From an uncultured Alphaproteobacteria bacterium (GTDB lineage: Bacteria > Pseudomonadota > Alphaproteobacteria > RF32 > CAG-239): a DNA stretch of 64,000 nucleotides. A program made the translations under genes and the position numbers. Under the pieces are notes generated by a model. That model did not search any database and was not told the DNA's origin. It was given only the letters and a program-made list of their open reading frames with translations. The DNA is taken from positions 13,885 through 77,884 of the forward strand of contig CALXTN010000006.1 in NCBI GenBank assembly GCA_944391405.1, in the 5' to 3' direction. This document shows, in pieces, positions 45,044-55,029 of the stretch (the stretch's first letter is position 1; each line of letters starts with the position of its first letter).

Positions 45044-48000
45044 CTATTTTAAATGATTCCACAAACGTTTTAGAGCTTTATCCATATATCGATCAACATG
45101 TGACAGCAGATTTTTTGCAGCTTTGCTATATTGATTTTCATTAAGAAAAATAGAGTTTGAAATATTGACCAACCAAGAGCAATAAAAATAGTTTAATATA
45201 TCCATATATATATTATGAGGATATGCTTTATGAGATAAACTATTCCATAACTGTTGCGCAAAAAACTCTTCAATAGCCGTATCAATTGCCTCATTAGGAG
45301 TTGCAAAGGACATAGACCCGATTGATAAAAAAGTCGAACCACTGTGATGAACAAGTTGATACTTACCTTTACGTTTAACAATTTTATAATCATTAAACAA
45401 CATTTCTCTCACATCATCAACCATATGAGTATACGCAGTCCGCAATTTAGAATCAGTATTATAGAGAGATGTTTTAAACAATTGGCTTAAATAGTGAAAA
45501 GTTTCATGAATAATTGTCTGCTCATCAGCCTCTTCAAACAAATAAATAGTTTTATCAGCAATTTCATATGCGCCTTTGGCTAATTTTTGCATAACAAGAA
45601 CCATGCCGTCAAAAGGTGCTTTGATTTTATCATCATCATCAGGAATACTATTCATTTTTTCAAGCTCAATATCCATAAAATCTTTATCAGTTTTAGCACT
45701 ACTTGTAAATTTATGCAAAGCCGAAAAAGAAAGTTTTGTTCTATCAACCGACGGTATTTTTATTCTATCATCCCAAAAAGCAAAAGTTCTCTGCCAATCA
45801 GAATAATTTTGCCGCTGTAACATAGATCTAACTTCAATATCACCATGAGAAACTGCCCCCGCCCAAGGAAACGGAGCAGTATGAATATATCCGGAAGAAA
45901 TTCTTGAAGCGACAAGCTCAAAATTATTAAACCTACTAATCATTTCGCGCAACGAGGAATAAGCAAAATTGCCCAATTGACGCTCATGAGGATCTAAAAT
46001 ACGATTAGCATATTTCTCATCAACTTTTCGATACAGCAAATCAAAATCAATTTCCTTATATTTAAGCCGACGAGTAGATTTAGAAGATAAAGTTCCATTT
46101 TTTTTATTTTTTTTACTTTGACTTTTATAAATATTTAAAAGAGGCAGCGGCACTTCTTTATCAACCCAAAAGGTATCTGTTTTTTCATCGGGAAGATAAG
46201 TTGTCACAAACTCTGTTAATAAAAAGCCTAAATTTTTCATCGCCTTCTCTTTAGCCAAATAAAAATGCCTATCCATAAAATTACGTCTCTGAGAAGGAGT
46301 AAGTGCCAAATCAAAATGCTCACGCATTTGAATAGCAAAAGCAGCCCCTTTCATGAGCAAATCTTTTAAATTAGAATAATCAAATTGCTTAGGATCAATT
46401 TCCAAAACATCATTTTCAGTATTTTTATCCCGATAGAAATGATATCCTTCATTATTATCAAGTTCAACAAAACGCACAATTACCTTTTTCAAATCCGGAT
46501 AATTTTTATAAAGTTCATTATGCTCAAGCAAATCGTCCAATTTAAATTCTTTTTTATCTAAAAGCAATTGCCGTTGCATCCAATAAGTACGCAAACTTTC
46601 ATCACCATCATCAATTCGTTGCTTAATAAACTCGTTTGCTGCCTGAATATCACGCTGCTCTGCTTGTTTAGCAAAATCAATTTCTTTATGAAATCGATAG
46701 ATACGATAAATTCTATCCAAAAAAAACATCATAAGAGATTTATTAGCATTGCTCCAAGAGCGATAACGAGGAAGAGATAAAAACTTTTCACTCATAGACA
46801 ATGGAATATGTGCCTTTCGATACAATGAGGACAAATAATTTGCATTAAAATAGGGTTTATGGTAGTCCCCTTGCCCCGCAAGATACAATTGATAAAATTT
46901 GTTAACCGTCAAATCATCCATCATATCACCATTTTCAAAAATCCCCATACGGCGCATAGCATCTTGTCGTTTTTCAGCCTCTTCAATAAGTTCAGCATCT
47001 AATTTCTGTACCAATTTCATAAATCCATCGGTCTTAGCGTTATTTTCTTCTAAAAATTTATCCAATCTTTCGATATTGGCATTTTCATCTAACGAACTTT
47101 CCCAAATATCACTTAAAAACCCAAAAAAAGATCTTTCTTCTAAAACCGCACGAATAATTTTCAACTGTTCCTCTGTATAAAATTTGTCAGGTGATTGAAA
47201 ATTTGTATTGACCGCTCTATGTTTACGCCAAGAAGCGTGAGAAGAATTGTACAAATTTTCTATTTGCTGCTGTTGTTCATTAGAAGATGAAAGATTATCA
47301 TCTGTTTTAGCATGACCTCCATCAATCTCATTTACAGACATATTTTTCAGACGTAAATCCCAAAACAATTCTCCCTTATTGTTTTCATGAATATCAATAC
47401 GAACATTTTTGCGTTTTCCGTTAATCTCTATTGGTAAATAAGCATAGTAAGAAGCTTTAATTTTAGAGTTTGATTTTTTATTTTCTGTTTTTGAAAGTGT
47501 ATAAAACACCGCTTTTTCTGCTAAAATTGGTAAATAAGGGATCAAGAATTTAACATCATCGCTTAAATTGTCAGTTGATGATTTTTTAATTTCAATCTCT
47601 TTATTAAGGGAAGGATTAAAAATTTTCATGCCATGATAAGAATTGAGTAAACTATCCATAGCTACATTAAATTCTTCCGCTGAAATATCTTTATAATTAG
47701 AAGTTTGAACAACAACAGCCGCGTCTGAAGGATTAACATCCACAACACGATTACCCCCTGTTTTAATATTTTCATCAACAATTTGAGTACTATCCTCATT
47801 TGAAAATCTGGAAAAACGATTTGCTTCACCCTGTTTTTCTCTATTTTCATTAGCAGAAGTAAGATTGGCAATATCTTCATCTTCCAAGACCTCAAATTTA
47901 TCTCTATCAATCAATAATTGTTTTAATGTTTTATCACGAATATAAGCAGACTCAGAACCATTCTGCTTAAGTTTATTAGTATTATAGCGAGCACTATAAC

Positions 48001-50239
48001 TGCTAACTAAAGTCTCAACATTGTTATCAATTTTTTCTTGACGTTGTTTAATATCACTTTCAAAAGCAGCTTCTGGATCAGTAAAGGAAGGCTCCCCATT
48101 TCTATTTACACCATAAGAAAAATGTCCGTTATAATTTTTATCCAAAAAATCAATAAAATCGTTATAGATATTATTATAAATCTCTTCAACAACTTCTGCA
48201 TCTGAAACCACCTTTGTTTCAAATTCGCGTAAATTGATAATTTCTTGCGCTTCCTGAGCTTCTAATTTTTGAATATAAGATTTCCAATAGTGTTTAGGCA
48301 AATCATTCTCATTAACATTAAAATCGAATTTCAATTTAGCTTTTGAATCATCAATTTCAAAACGCCATTTGCCATCTGAACCATGATACCAACCTGTTCT
48401 GGCCCAAATAGCACGAGGATTAGCTTTTTTAGCTTCCATAGCATAAGCTTGTTTAAGCTTCAAGATATCAGCATTTTTAGCTCCGACACCCCCAAATTGG
48501 AATAAAAGCTTAGCTTCGGGAGAAGTTTGTTGTTTAAATTTTTCATATGTCATTTTTTTAATTTCAGGCAACCCCTCAAGAAGTATTTTTTGAGGAGAAA
48601 AAGATTTATCAACATTATAAAAAGCCATAATATTAGCTTGAATCATACTAGCCGTAATTTTAGCCTTTGTTTCATCATGAGTAGCCTGAAAAGCCCGTTG
48701 ATACATTTCATCGTAAATTTTTCGAAAAGCAGCCACATCAGCCTTTCGAACAGAACGTTCTATAGGTTTAGCTTGTGATGCTTCATATTCAAGAGCTTTA
48801 AGATTTTGTTCCAAAGAATAAGAAAACACTTTACTAAACGCATCAGGTTTACTTTGCAACAAGTCCATAGCATTTTTCTTAAACAATTCAATATCTTCAT
48901 CGCTAACTCCCTTAAGTAACATACGTCTCCGTGCATTTTCATAAGATTTCTGTGCATAATAAACTGTACCATCAGCAGCCATCAAGGCAGAAGTTCCCGC
49001 AATCGCACCAATTGCACTTTCCACAAGACCTTCAAATAAATCTTGCGTATCATCAATACCGACTTGACGAACCAAATTTTCTGCCAGTAACTGTTGAAGA
49101 ACTTCAGTACCAGCTTCACGAAGCGGTGCACCGAGTATTTCTTTGGCAATCATTTTTGAGGTCATTTTCGCACGATTTTCAATCTGTTTAGGCAACGGAT
49201 TAAATATTTTATCAATAGCAAACGTGGCTCCCCCTGAAAGCAAAGCTAAAGTATTAGCCGTATTGATATTTTGTTCTTTATCATAAGACTCATTAAAGAC
49301 TTGAGCAGCCCCTCCTCCGGCAAACAAAGCATAAGTAGGCGCCGCACCGATATATTTCGCCATCGTTCCCATAGACAAAACCTGAGCTGATCCCTGCCCT
49401 AAAACATTTGCTAATTTCTCCCAACTTGGCTCATTATTATATGCCGTTTGCATTGGAGCAAGAACAGAACTTGTATCAACCTTTTCCGCATATTGTTGAA
49501 ATTTATCACCAATATTTTTAAGCAAAGTTCCGGCTTCGGGCACAAATAAAGTTGCCCCTGCGGTCATCGCGCCAATTCCAAAATTTTTATTTTCAATATT
49601 TGCCCCAAAAGCTGAAAGTACATTTCCAATCATACGTAAATTATCGGAAGTAAATCCGCGAGTAGAAGCTTTAAGGGCTTCTTTACTAAAAGTAGCAGCA
49701 TCAAACTCTCCCATTTTCCCTTCATCATAAGCCCATTTATACTGAGCCACATCTTCACCAAAACTTTCCAAAGCATTCCAATAGGTACGCAAATCTGTTG
49801 CTTGTTTAAGCCAATCGCCAACTGCCTGAAAACTGGAATGAGGTTTTTGCTCATCAATACTATCGGCAGAAAGTTTTGGAAACTGTAAATTATGTTCATT
49901 TTCAAGATATGCAAAAGGCATATTTTCATCACTGTCACCATCACCAAAATCTAGCTGTAAATCTTCCGCTTTGGGCTCATGAGTGCTATCATCAAAAGTC
50001 GTATCGTTAACAACTTCAACCGAAGTATTTAAAGCATCATCATTTGAATTTTTAAAATTTGCAATTTCTGAGATATGGGGTTCATTGAGAAATTGTTCAT
50101 CCGTATTTTGAATTGGTAAGATGGTTTGTTTAACTTTATCGTCACCATAAGGCACCGGCGTCATCATCAAATTGTTCTGACTGGTAGAAGACTGAGCATT
50201 TGGCTCTATCGAAATAAAATCATTATCAACTGTACTCAT
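45044..50239 (-). CDS. giant (1731 aa) phage internal/ejection 'polyvalent' protein (T7 gp16 position) with C-terminal HExxH motif
   Basis: Gly/Ala-rich hydrophobic segments (GIGAMTAGATLFVPEAG, APTYALFAGGGAAQVF, LALLSGGATFAI). TGWYHGSDGKWRFEIDDS block resembles those in large polyvalent phage/ICE proteins. EEADEQTIIHETFHYLSQLF contains a zincin-like HExxH. Confidence 0.6.
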   Translation of the reverse strand: MSTVDNDFISIEPNAQSSTSQNNLMMTPVPYGDDKVKQTILPIQNTDEQFLNEPHISEIANFKNSNDDALNTSVEVVNDTTFDDSTHEPKAEDLQLDFGDGDSDENMPFAYLENEHNLQFPKLSADSIDEQKPHSSFQAVGDWLKQATDLRTYWNALESFGEDVAQYKWAYDEGKMGEFDAATFSKEALKASTRGFTSDNLRMIGNVLSAFGANIENKNFGIGAMTAGATLFVPEAGTLLKNIGDKFQQYAEKVDTSSVLAPMQTAYNNEPSWEKLANVLGQGSAQVLSMGTMAKYIGAAPTYALFAGGGAAQVFNESYDKEQNINTANTLALLSGGATFAIDKIFNPLPKQIENRAKMTSKMIAKEILGAPLREAGTEVLQQLLAENLVRQVGIDDTQDLFEGLVESAIGAIAGTSALMAADGTVYYAQKSYENARRRMLLKGVSDEDIELFKKNAMDLLQSKPDAFSKVFSYSLEQNLKALEYEASQAKPIERSVRKADVAAFRKIYDEMYQRAFQATHDETKAKITASMIQANIMAFYNVDKSFSPQKILLEGLPEIKKMTYEKFKQQTSPEAKLLFQFGGVGAKNADILKLKQAYAMEAKKANPRAIWARTGWYHGSDGKWRFEIDDSKAKLKFDFNVNENDLPKHYWKSYIQKLEAQEAQEIINLREFETKVVSDAEVVEEIYNNIYNDFIDFLDKNYNGHFSYGVNRNGEPSFTDPEAAFESDIKQRQEKIDNNVETLVSSYSARYNTNKLKQNGSESAYIRDKTLKQLLIDRDKFEVLEDEDIANLTSANENREKQGEANRFSRFSNEDSTQIVDENIKTGGNRVVDVNPSDAAVVVQTSNYKDISAEEFNVAMDSLLNSYHGMKIFNPSLNKEIEIKKSSTDNLSDDVKFLIPYLPILAEKAVFYTLSKTENKKSNSKIKASYYAYLPIEINGKRKNVRIDIHENNKGELFWDLRLKNMSVNEIDGGHAKTDDNLSSSNEQQQQIENLYNSSHASWRKHRAVNTNFQSPDKFYTEEQLKIIRAVLEERSFFGFLSDIWESSLDENANIERLDKFLEENNAKTDGFMKLVQKLDAELIEEAEKRQDAMRRMGIFENGDMMDDLTVNKFYQLYLAGQGDYHKPYFNANYLSSLYRKAHIPLSMSEKFLSLPRYRSWSNANKSLMMFFLDRIYRIYRFHKEIDFAKQAEQRDIQAANEFIKQRIDDGDESLRTYWMQRQLLLDKKEFKLDDLLEHNELYKNYPDLKKVIVRFVELDNNEGYHFYRDKNTENDVLEIDPKQFDYSNLKDLLMKGAAFAIQMREHFDLALTPSQRRNFMDRHFYLAKEKAMKNLGFLLTEFVTTYLPDEKTDTFWVDKEVPLPLLNIYKSQSKKNKKNGTLSSKSTRRLKYKEIDFDLLYRKVDEKYANRILDPHERQLGNFAYSSLREMISRFNNFELVASRISSGYIHTAPFPWAGAVSHGDIEVRSMLQRQNYSDWQRTFAFWDDRIKIPSVDRTKLSFSALHKFTSSAKTDKDFMDIELEKMNSIPDDDDKIKAPFDGMVLVMQKLAKGAYEIADKTIYLFEEADEQTIIHETFHYLSQLFKTSLYNTDSKLRTAYTHMVDDVREMLFNDYKIVKRKGKYQLVHHSGSTFLSIGSMSFATPNEAIDTAIEEFFAQQLWNSLSHKAYPHNIYMDILNYFYCSWLVNISNSIFLNENQYSKAAKNLLSHVDRYMDKALKRLWNHLK

Positions 50240-50274
50240 ATCAAATTCCTAACATAAAAAAAAGCAAAAAACAA

Positions 50275-51924
50275 CTAACCTTTCATAACTGCAAGCCGCC
50301 CTTTAAAATAAAATTTATCGCCAGGAGCCAAATCTGCTTGTATTAATTCTTCATACGAATCAAAACGCGGATAATTAAGTTCTTTTCTCTGCATTTCTCG
50401 AGCAATTTTCCGCATTGTTTCAATTTTATCCTCATTATAAGGTGCTACTTGAGCATATTTTTCCCAAATAGGAAAAACATCATTACCCGAATAAGCCGTT
50501 TGCAGAGTTTGTTTTAATTCTCCAAACGAAACAGCATCCTGAGTAGCGTTTGTTTTAAGTTTCAAATCCTTTGCAACATTATCTAAAGCCAAACGTGAAA
50601 TCTGTTTTTCAATCAAAGGTGTCAACTGACCGCCATTCTTTAACAAATCGGAAGTTAAAGCTGTTTTTTGCGCATAGTAGTTTTGATAAAGGTTCAAAGC
50701 AAATTGCGCTTTATTTTCCATAAACGATTTTGCAGCATAATCACTATTTGTTAAAGATACCGGCATATCAGCAGCAAAAGCCTTATCTGCAAGAACATCA
50801 ATTTCTTTGTCAAACAACAATTCTGCGGTATTTTTTTCCACCTGCGCCGCCATTAATTGATTTTGTAAAGTGGAAGTTTCTTCAAATCCAAGTTTATTTT
50901 GCCGATAAGCATTAATCAAATAGTTAGAAGCATCACAAATTTCCTGAGCTGAAAGTTGTGTCCCTTCATTCATTTTACGCACTAAGCGATACGTTTCCGT
51001 CAACGGTACATCAGAGCGTTGTTCATTATCGCCCCAAAGACTAAATGCATCACTGTCCTCAACATTTTCATCCTTTTGTTGCGACAACACATAGTATTGT
51101 GCCGGAGATATTTCTCCTGTTTCTTTTTTTTGCCATAAATTCTGCAAATCATTTAAACGATTAAGATAAGATAAACGTTTTTGTTTTTCTTGATTTTGCT
51201 GAAAATATTCTGAATTAATAGACTTAGTCTGTTGAATCTGAGCTTTTAATGCAGATTTAGCCGCATCATCACTAAAATAAGCATCAACAGCATTATCTGC
51301 AGCATCAGGATTATTTAAGGCAAGATTAAGAATACCCGTTTTAAGATATCCATCACGATAAGTTTCTTTATCTTTATCGCTCAAAAAGGGAGTACTGGAG
51401 ATTTCATCAACCCCCATCTGTAACAATTTTCTGCCTTTAAGATCATCTTGCGTTTCGGCCAAAAGATTTTGATTATCCGCCAACATAGAATTAAGGCTCT
51501 GCTTACCAAAATCTATTTGCTTTTTAGCAACAATTTTCTGAGCATCATTATGATTAGCCTCGCGAATTTTATCACCATATTTTTTCCAAAAATTCTGAGC
51601 TGTTTCATCTCCATCAAATTGAGAAGCCAAAAGTTTATCGTTATTTTTGATAATATCCTGAAGTTGCTCCGGAGATTGAGCATTTTCAAGAGCCTGTCTT
51701 GTATCCTTCAAAGAAACATCAGCTTGCATAGCCAAGCGTTCATTTTCAGTTTTTTGCATTTTATCGGCTAGCATATCAGCCGTATTAAGCAAAACAGAAT
51801 CTGTATAAGCATTTGTTTCAGAAGCAATAAAACGCCTTGCCGGAGTAGTCACTTGTGCGATAACCGGCCTTTTAGCCATTGCGCCATTTAAACCCATAAA
51901 AGGAATTTTTTGTCTGTTTGCCAT
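50275..51924 (-). CDS. phage internal virion protein (T7 gp15 position), helical
   Basis: Assigned by position; 549 aa, Q/K/E/A/L-rich; no enzymatic motif seen. Confidence 0.5.
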   Translation of the reverse strand: MANRQKIPFMGLNGAMAKRPVIAQVTTPARRFIASETNAYTDSVLLNTADMLADKMQKTENERLAMQADVSLKDTRQALENAQSPEQLQDIIKNNDKLLASQFDGDETAQNFWKKYGDKIREANHNDAQKIVAKKQIDFGKQSLNSMLADNQNLLAETQDDLKGRKLLQMGVDEISSTPFLSDKDKETYRDGYLKTGILNLALNNPDAADNAVDAYFSDDAAKSALKAQIQQTKSINSEYFQQNQEKQKRLSYLNRLNDLQNLWQKKETGEISPAQYYVLSQQKDENVEDSDAFSLWGDNEQRSDVPLTETYRLVRKMNEGTQLSAQEICDASNYLINAYRQNKLGFEETSTLQNQLMAAQVEKNTAELLFDKEIDVLADKAFAADMPVSLTNSDYAAKSFMENKAQFALNLYQNYYAQKTALTSDLLKNGGQLTPLIEKQISRLALDNVAKDLKLKTNATQDAVSFGELKQTLQTAYSGNDVFPIWEKYAQVAPYNEDKIETMRKIAREMQRKELNYPRFDSYEELIQADLAPGDKFYFKGRLAVMKG

Positions 51925-51947
51925 ATATTTTCTCCCAAAAACTCAAA

Positions 51948-52409
51948 TTAAAACAAAGAAGAAAGAGAAGAAGAAAGTCCGCTAAGCAAACTACCACTAA
52001 AACGATTTTTTCCCTCTTTTTTATACTGTTTTGCATTAGCTTCTTCTATTAAAGCTTGATACAAATAATTTTCTGCCTCGCTTTCCACTTTAAAACGTTC
52101 ATTTAAGATATTTTGTTCCAAAGCAGAAGACGTTGTTGCCAAAGCCGTTGTCGTCGTTGGGCTTTCTCCCATTCCCGCCTCTCCTGCCGCAGCCGAAGCA
52201 GAAGCAATTGTGGCACGTTTTTGAGAACGCAGAGCATCTTCATTTCGAGCCCCGCTCAAACGAACATTTTGAGCATTTTGTCGATAAGTTTGCGCATTTT
52301 GCAAAGCCAATTGAGCTTTATTTTCATATTCATTTTGTTCTGCTTTACCTTTTAAGAAACCGGAAGCAAAATTGATACCGGCTTTAATTAAGAGAGCCTG
52401 AGCCACCAT
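51948..52409 (-). CDS. phage internal virion protein (T7 gp14 position), Ala/Ser-rich
   Basis: ORF track gives 51948..52523. ATG 52409 (MVAQALLIKAGINFASGF...) overlaps the upstream stop by about 25 nt. Confidence 0.5.
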   Translation of the reverse strand: MVAQALLIKAGINFASGFLKGKAEQNEYENKAQLALQNAQTYRQNAQNVRLSGARNEDALRSQKRATIASASAAAGEAGMGESPTTTTALATTSSALEQNILNERFKVESEAENYLYQALIEEANAKQYKKEGKNRFSGSLLSGLSSSLSSLF

Positions 52410-52836
52410 AATAAAATTTCCTTTCATAAAGTTGATAAGTTTTTCCACCAAAAAAATTAGCCAACACCCGTACCGATTTAAAACCCAATAAATCCGCAAA
52501 ACGTTTAGCTTGTAAAAAATCATCTTGAACGGTCATAAAGACGCGCCTAATTCCCAAACAAAAAGCCTGCTCAGGAATTTTACGTTCCAAAAAACGAGTT
52601 AATTGCATAAGTTTCCGCCCAATATTTTGCCCAATAAGAGCGTAACATTGAGCCACTTGTTCTCCATGAAACTCAAATACATCAAAACCACAAACCGCTA
52701 AAATATCACCATTTTCACTAACGACGGTATAGGCGGCAATATGTTCAAATCCTTCTGCAAAAATCTGAGCCTCGCGAGCTTGACAAGCTTGCGGCACAAC
52801 AAAAAAAGCATCCCCGCTTTGATAATCTCTAATCAT
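52384..52836 (-). CDS. GNAT-like N-acetyltransferase within the tail/internal-protein module
   Basis: 150 aa with beta-alpha pattern and motif-A-like CYALIGQNIGRKLMQLTRFLERK. ATG 52836 lies after GGAG; the ORF track start at 52842 is TTG. Confidence 0.45.
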   Translation of the reverse strand: MIRDYQSGDAFFVVPQACQAREAQIFAEGFEHIAAYTVVSENGDILAVCGFDVFEFHGEQVAQCYALIGQNIGRKLMQLTRFLERKIPEQAFCLGIRRVFMTVQDDFLQAKRFADLLGFKSVRVLANFFGGKTYQLYERKFYYGGSGSLN

Positions 52837-52896
52837 CTCCAAGCTCCATAAAAAAAGAGAGGCATAAAGCCTCTCCCAATTTCCATCAATTACATA

Positions 52897-55029
52897 TCAT
52901 TCATTCACATCCAAATAAGGCACCAAAGCCAAAATATTCAAAGGAAGCGGTGCCGTTGTTTGGATCAAAAAATTAGCTGCTTGTTCTTTTTGCGTTGTTG
53001 AACCATTAAACAAAATCTCTTTATTTCCCGTAAAAAGCTCCTGAGCATAATTCATAGGAGCATCAACAGGTCGATACAAAATATCCGTCAAAGAACTTTC
53101 ATTTTCACCAATTTGTCCGCCACCTGAAAGATAAAGCGTCAAAAGTACATGATTAATACGTTGTTTTTGACCTATACCGCTTCCAAACTCATTAGGGATA
53201 TAAATATTTTGAGGAATAAACTGACTGCAAATTTTAAGCCCAACAACCAGATGAGCAACAGAAGTTTGAAGTGATATTTTCCCATTATAAACAACTTGTT
53301 CAGGTAAAACAACTCCATCGCCAAAAAGCATAACTTCTTTTCCTTCTAAATGCTCTAATCCTCCAAGTTCCGTAATATCCGTATCATCAGTTTTATCAAA
53401 AATAACAGCCGCATCTAAATAAACAGCATTTTGTCTCATAAAATGAGCTTCTTGCTGTTTTTGAATTTCCAAACTATCAAAACCGACTTGAGAAACAGGC
53501 ATTGTCAGAGGCATTCCATTATCCATCCACTCCACCGTTCTAAAATAAGAATTATTAACCACGCGCTGAACTTCCAACCAAAGTTCATCACGATTATCCT
53601 CCAAATTAGGAATAACCGCCAAACTTTCGATTATACCGGAAACATCATGCCTAGAAAAAGCCGCCACTTCTTGTTCAGAAGAAAAAGTAATTGCGGCCAA
53701 AGTTCCATCTCCAACCAAACACCACAAAACTTTATCGGGAACTTCTTGATAAGCCATAGCCACAATACGGGATTGAAACAAATGTTTTCCTAAAATAGAA
53801 ATATCCGTTTGATCATAGCCGTCGTTATAATAATTATACATCAAATCGCGCAAACTTAAACCATACCTATCCACAAACAAGACATGAGCCCCGATTGAAA
53901 CCGGCATAATAGCCTTGCTTCCAACAGTAGAAATTTGTGAAATGCGAATATTATCAGAAGCCATAGCCTGAGAAGATGTAATAGCATCAATATAAAATTC
54001 AGCAGCCCCCGTTCCGACGAAGAGTGCATCACGTGCGTAAATCCATTTTCCTTCGTTAAATTCTGTACTAAGCACCGGTACAGTAATCGCTGTTTCAGCA
54101 GTAGCCTCACCGCAGTCCATATCAGCAAAATTATTATAATCACCCGAACAAGATAAACAAACATTAGGCCCTGTTTCTGAGTTAATCAAAAAAGCAAAAC
54201 GATTTCTAAAAAAGGCCCCTGAAATTGGATAAGATGTTCCTTGATGTATCATCCCGAGTTCCCAACAAACTGTGCCATCTTCCAGAGCATCCGGTAATCT
54301 GGAAATAACTTGAGCAGACACATGCTGAGCATCTGTAAACTCAGTAATTTTCACAATACCGATACCATCATGAACATATTGCCATGAAACGCTTCCGTCA
54401 GAACGAGTTCCCTCACTGTGAACAGGTTTAATAGAGCCTGTTTGTCCAGTTCCAACCGCCATATAATATTTATTATCAGAAGAACGAATTTCCAAAGCAG
54501 AAACATTAACACCCGCACTCCAAGGTTTTGTATCATCATCTAGCACACGCAATCTAACCAAACGCCCAACATCAGTTTGCGTAAAAACATCATCAGATGC
54601 GATTAACTGAGTCAATCCTGTTTTTTCAGTAACTTGTATCATAATTTCAGAAGTATTCATACTTAAAAACGGCCCATTGCGAAGCTCTAACTCTTCCAAA
54701 CGCCAATCATCATTAGCATAACGTTTCAAGAGCATAATCGGATGATTGGCATTGAAAATATACATAATATCGGAATGCTGAATTGTTTGAATTTTACAAC
54801 ATAATTCGTCATCATCCCACAAATCACTATAGGTGTAAGGAGAAGCAAGTTCAAACGGAGGAAAAGCTTCATCAGGTTCCGAATCATCCGCATCAGAAGT
54901 AGAAATAACATGTGTACGCAACAATTCTCTTTGTGCAAAAAGACGAATTTTAAGATGGCTAAACTCCACCACATAAGCCACGCGATGACTATATTTAAAC
55001 GGAAATAAAAAACTTTTTGCATTAGACAT
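52897..55029 (-). CDS. tail tubular protein B / nozzle (T7 gp12-like), major C-terminal part
   Basis: 710 aa, following gp11-like and the gp12 N-terminal fragment. It starts with the conserved FLFPFKYSHRVAYVVEF-type segment that normally follows the gp12 N-terminal motif. Confidence 0.6.
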   Translation of the reverse strand: MSNAKSFLFPFKYSHRVAYVVEFSHLKIRLFAQRELLRTHVISTSDADDSEPDEAFPPFELASPYTYSDLWDDDELCCKIQTIQHSDIMYIFNANHPIMLLKRYANDDWRLEELELRNGPFLSMNTSEIMIQVTEKTGLTQLIASDDVFTQTDVGRLVRLRVLDDDTKPWSAGVNVSALEIRSSDNKYYMAVGTGQTGSIKPVHSEGTRSDGSVSWQYVHDGIGIVKITEFTDAQHVSAQVISRLPDALEDGTVCWELGMIHQGTSYPISGAFFRNRFAFLINSETGPNVCLSCSGDYNNFADMDCGEATAETAITVPVLSTEFNEGKWIYARDALFVGTGAAEFYIDAITSSQAMASDNIRISQISTVGSKAIMPVSIGAHVLFVDRYGLSLRDLMYNYYNDGYDQTDISILGKHLFQSRIVAMAYQEVPDKVLWCLVGDGTLAAITFSSEQEVAAFSRHDVSGIIESLAVIPNLEDNRDELWLEVQRVVNNSYFRTVEWMDNGMPLTMPVSQVGFDSLEIQKQQEAHFMRQNAVYLDAAVIFDKTDDTDITELGGLEHLEGKEVMLFGDGVVLPEQVVYNGKISLQTSVAHLVVGLKICSQFIPQNIYIPNEFGSGIGQKQRINHVLLTLYLSGGGQIGENESSLTDILYRPVDAPMNYAQELFTGNKEILFNGSTTQKEQAANFLIQTTAPLPLNILALVPYLDVNE

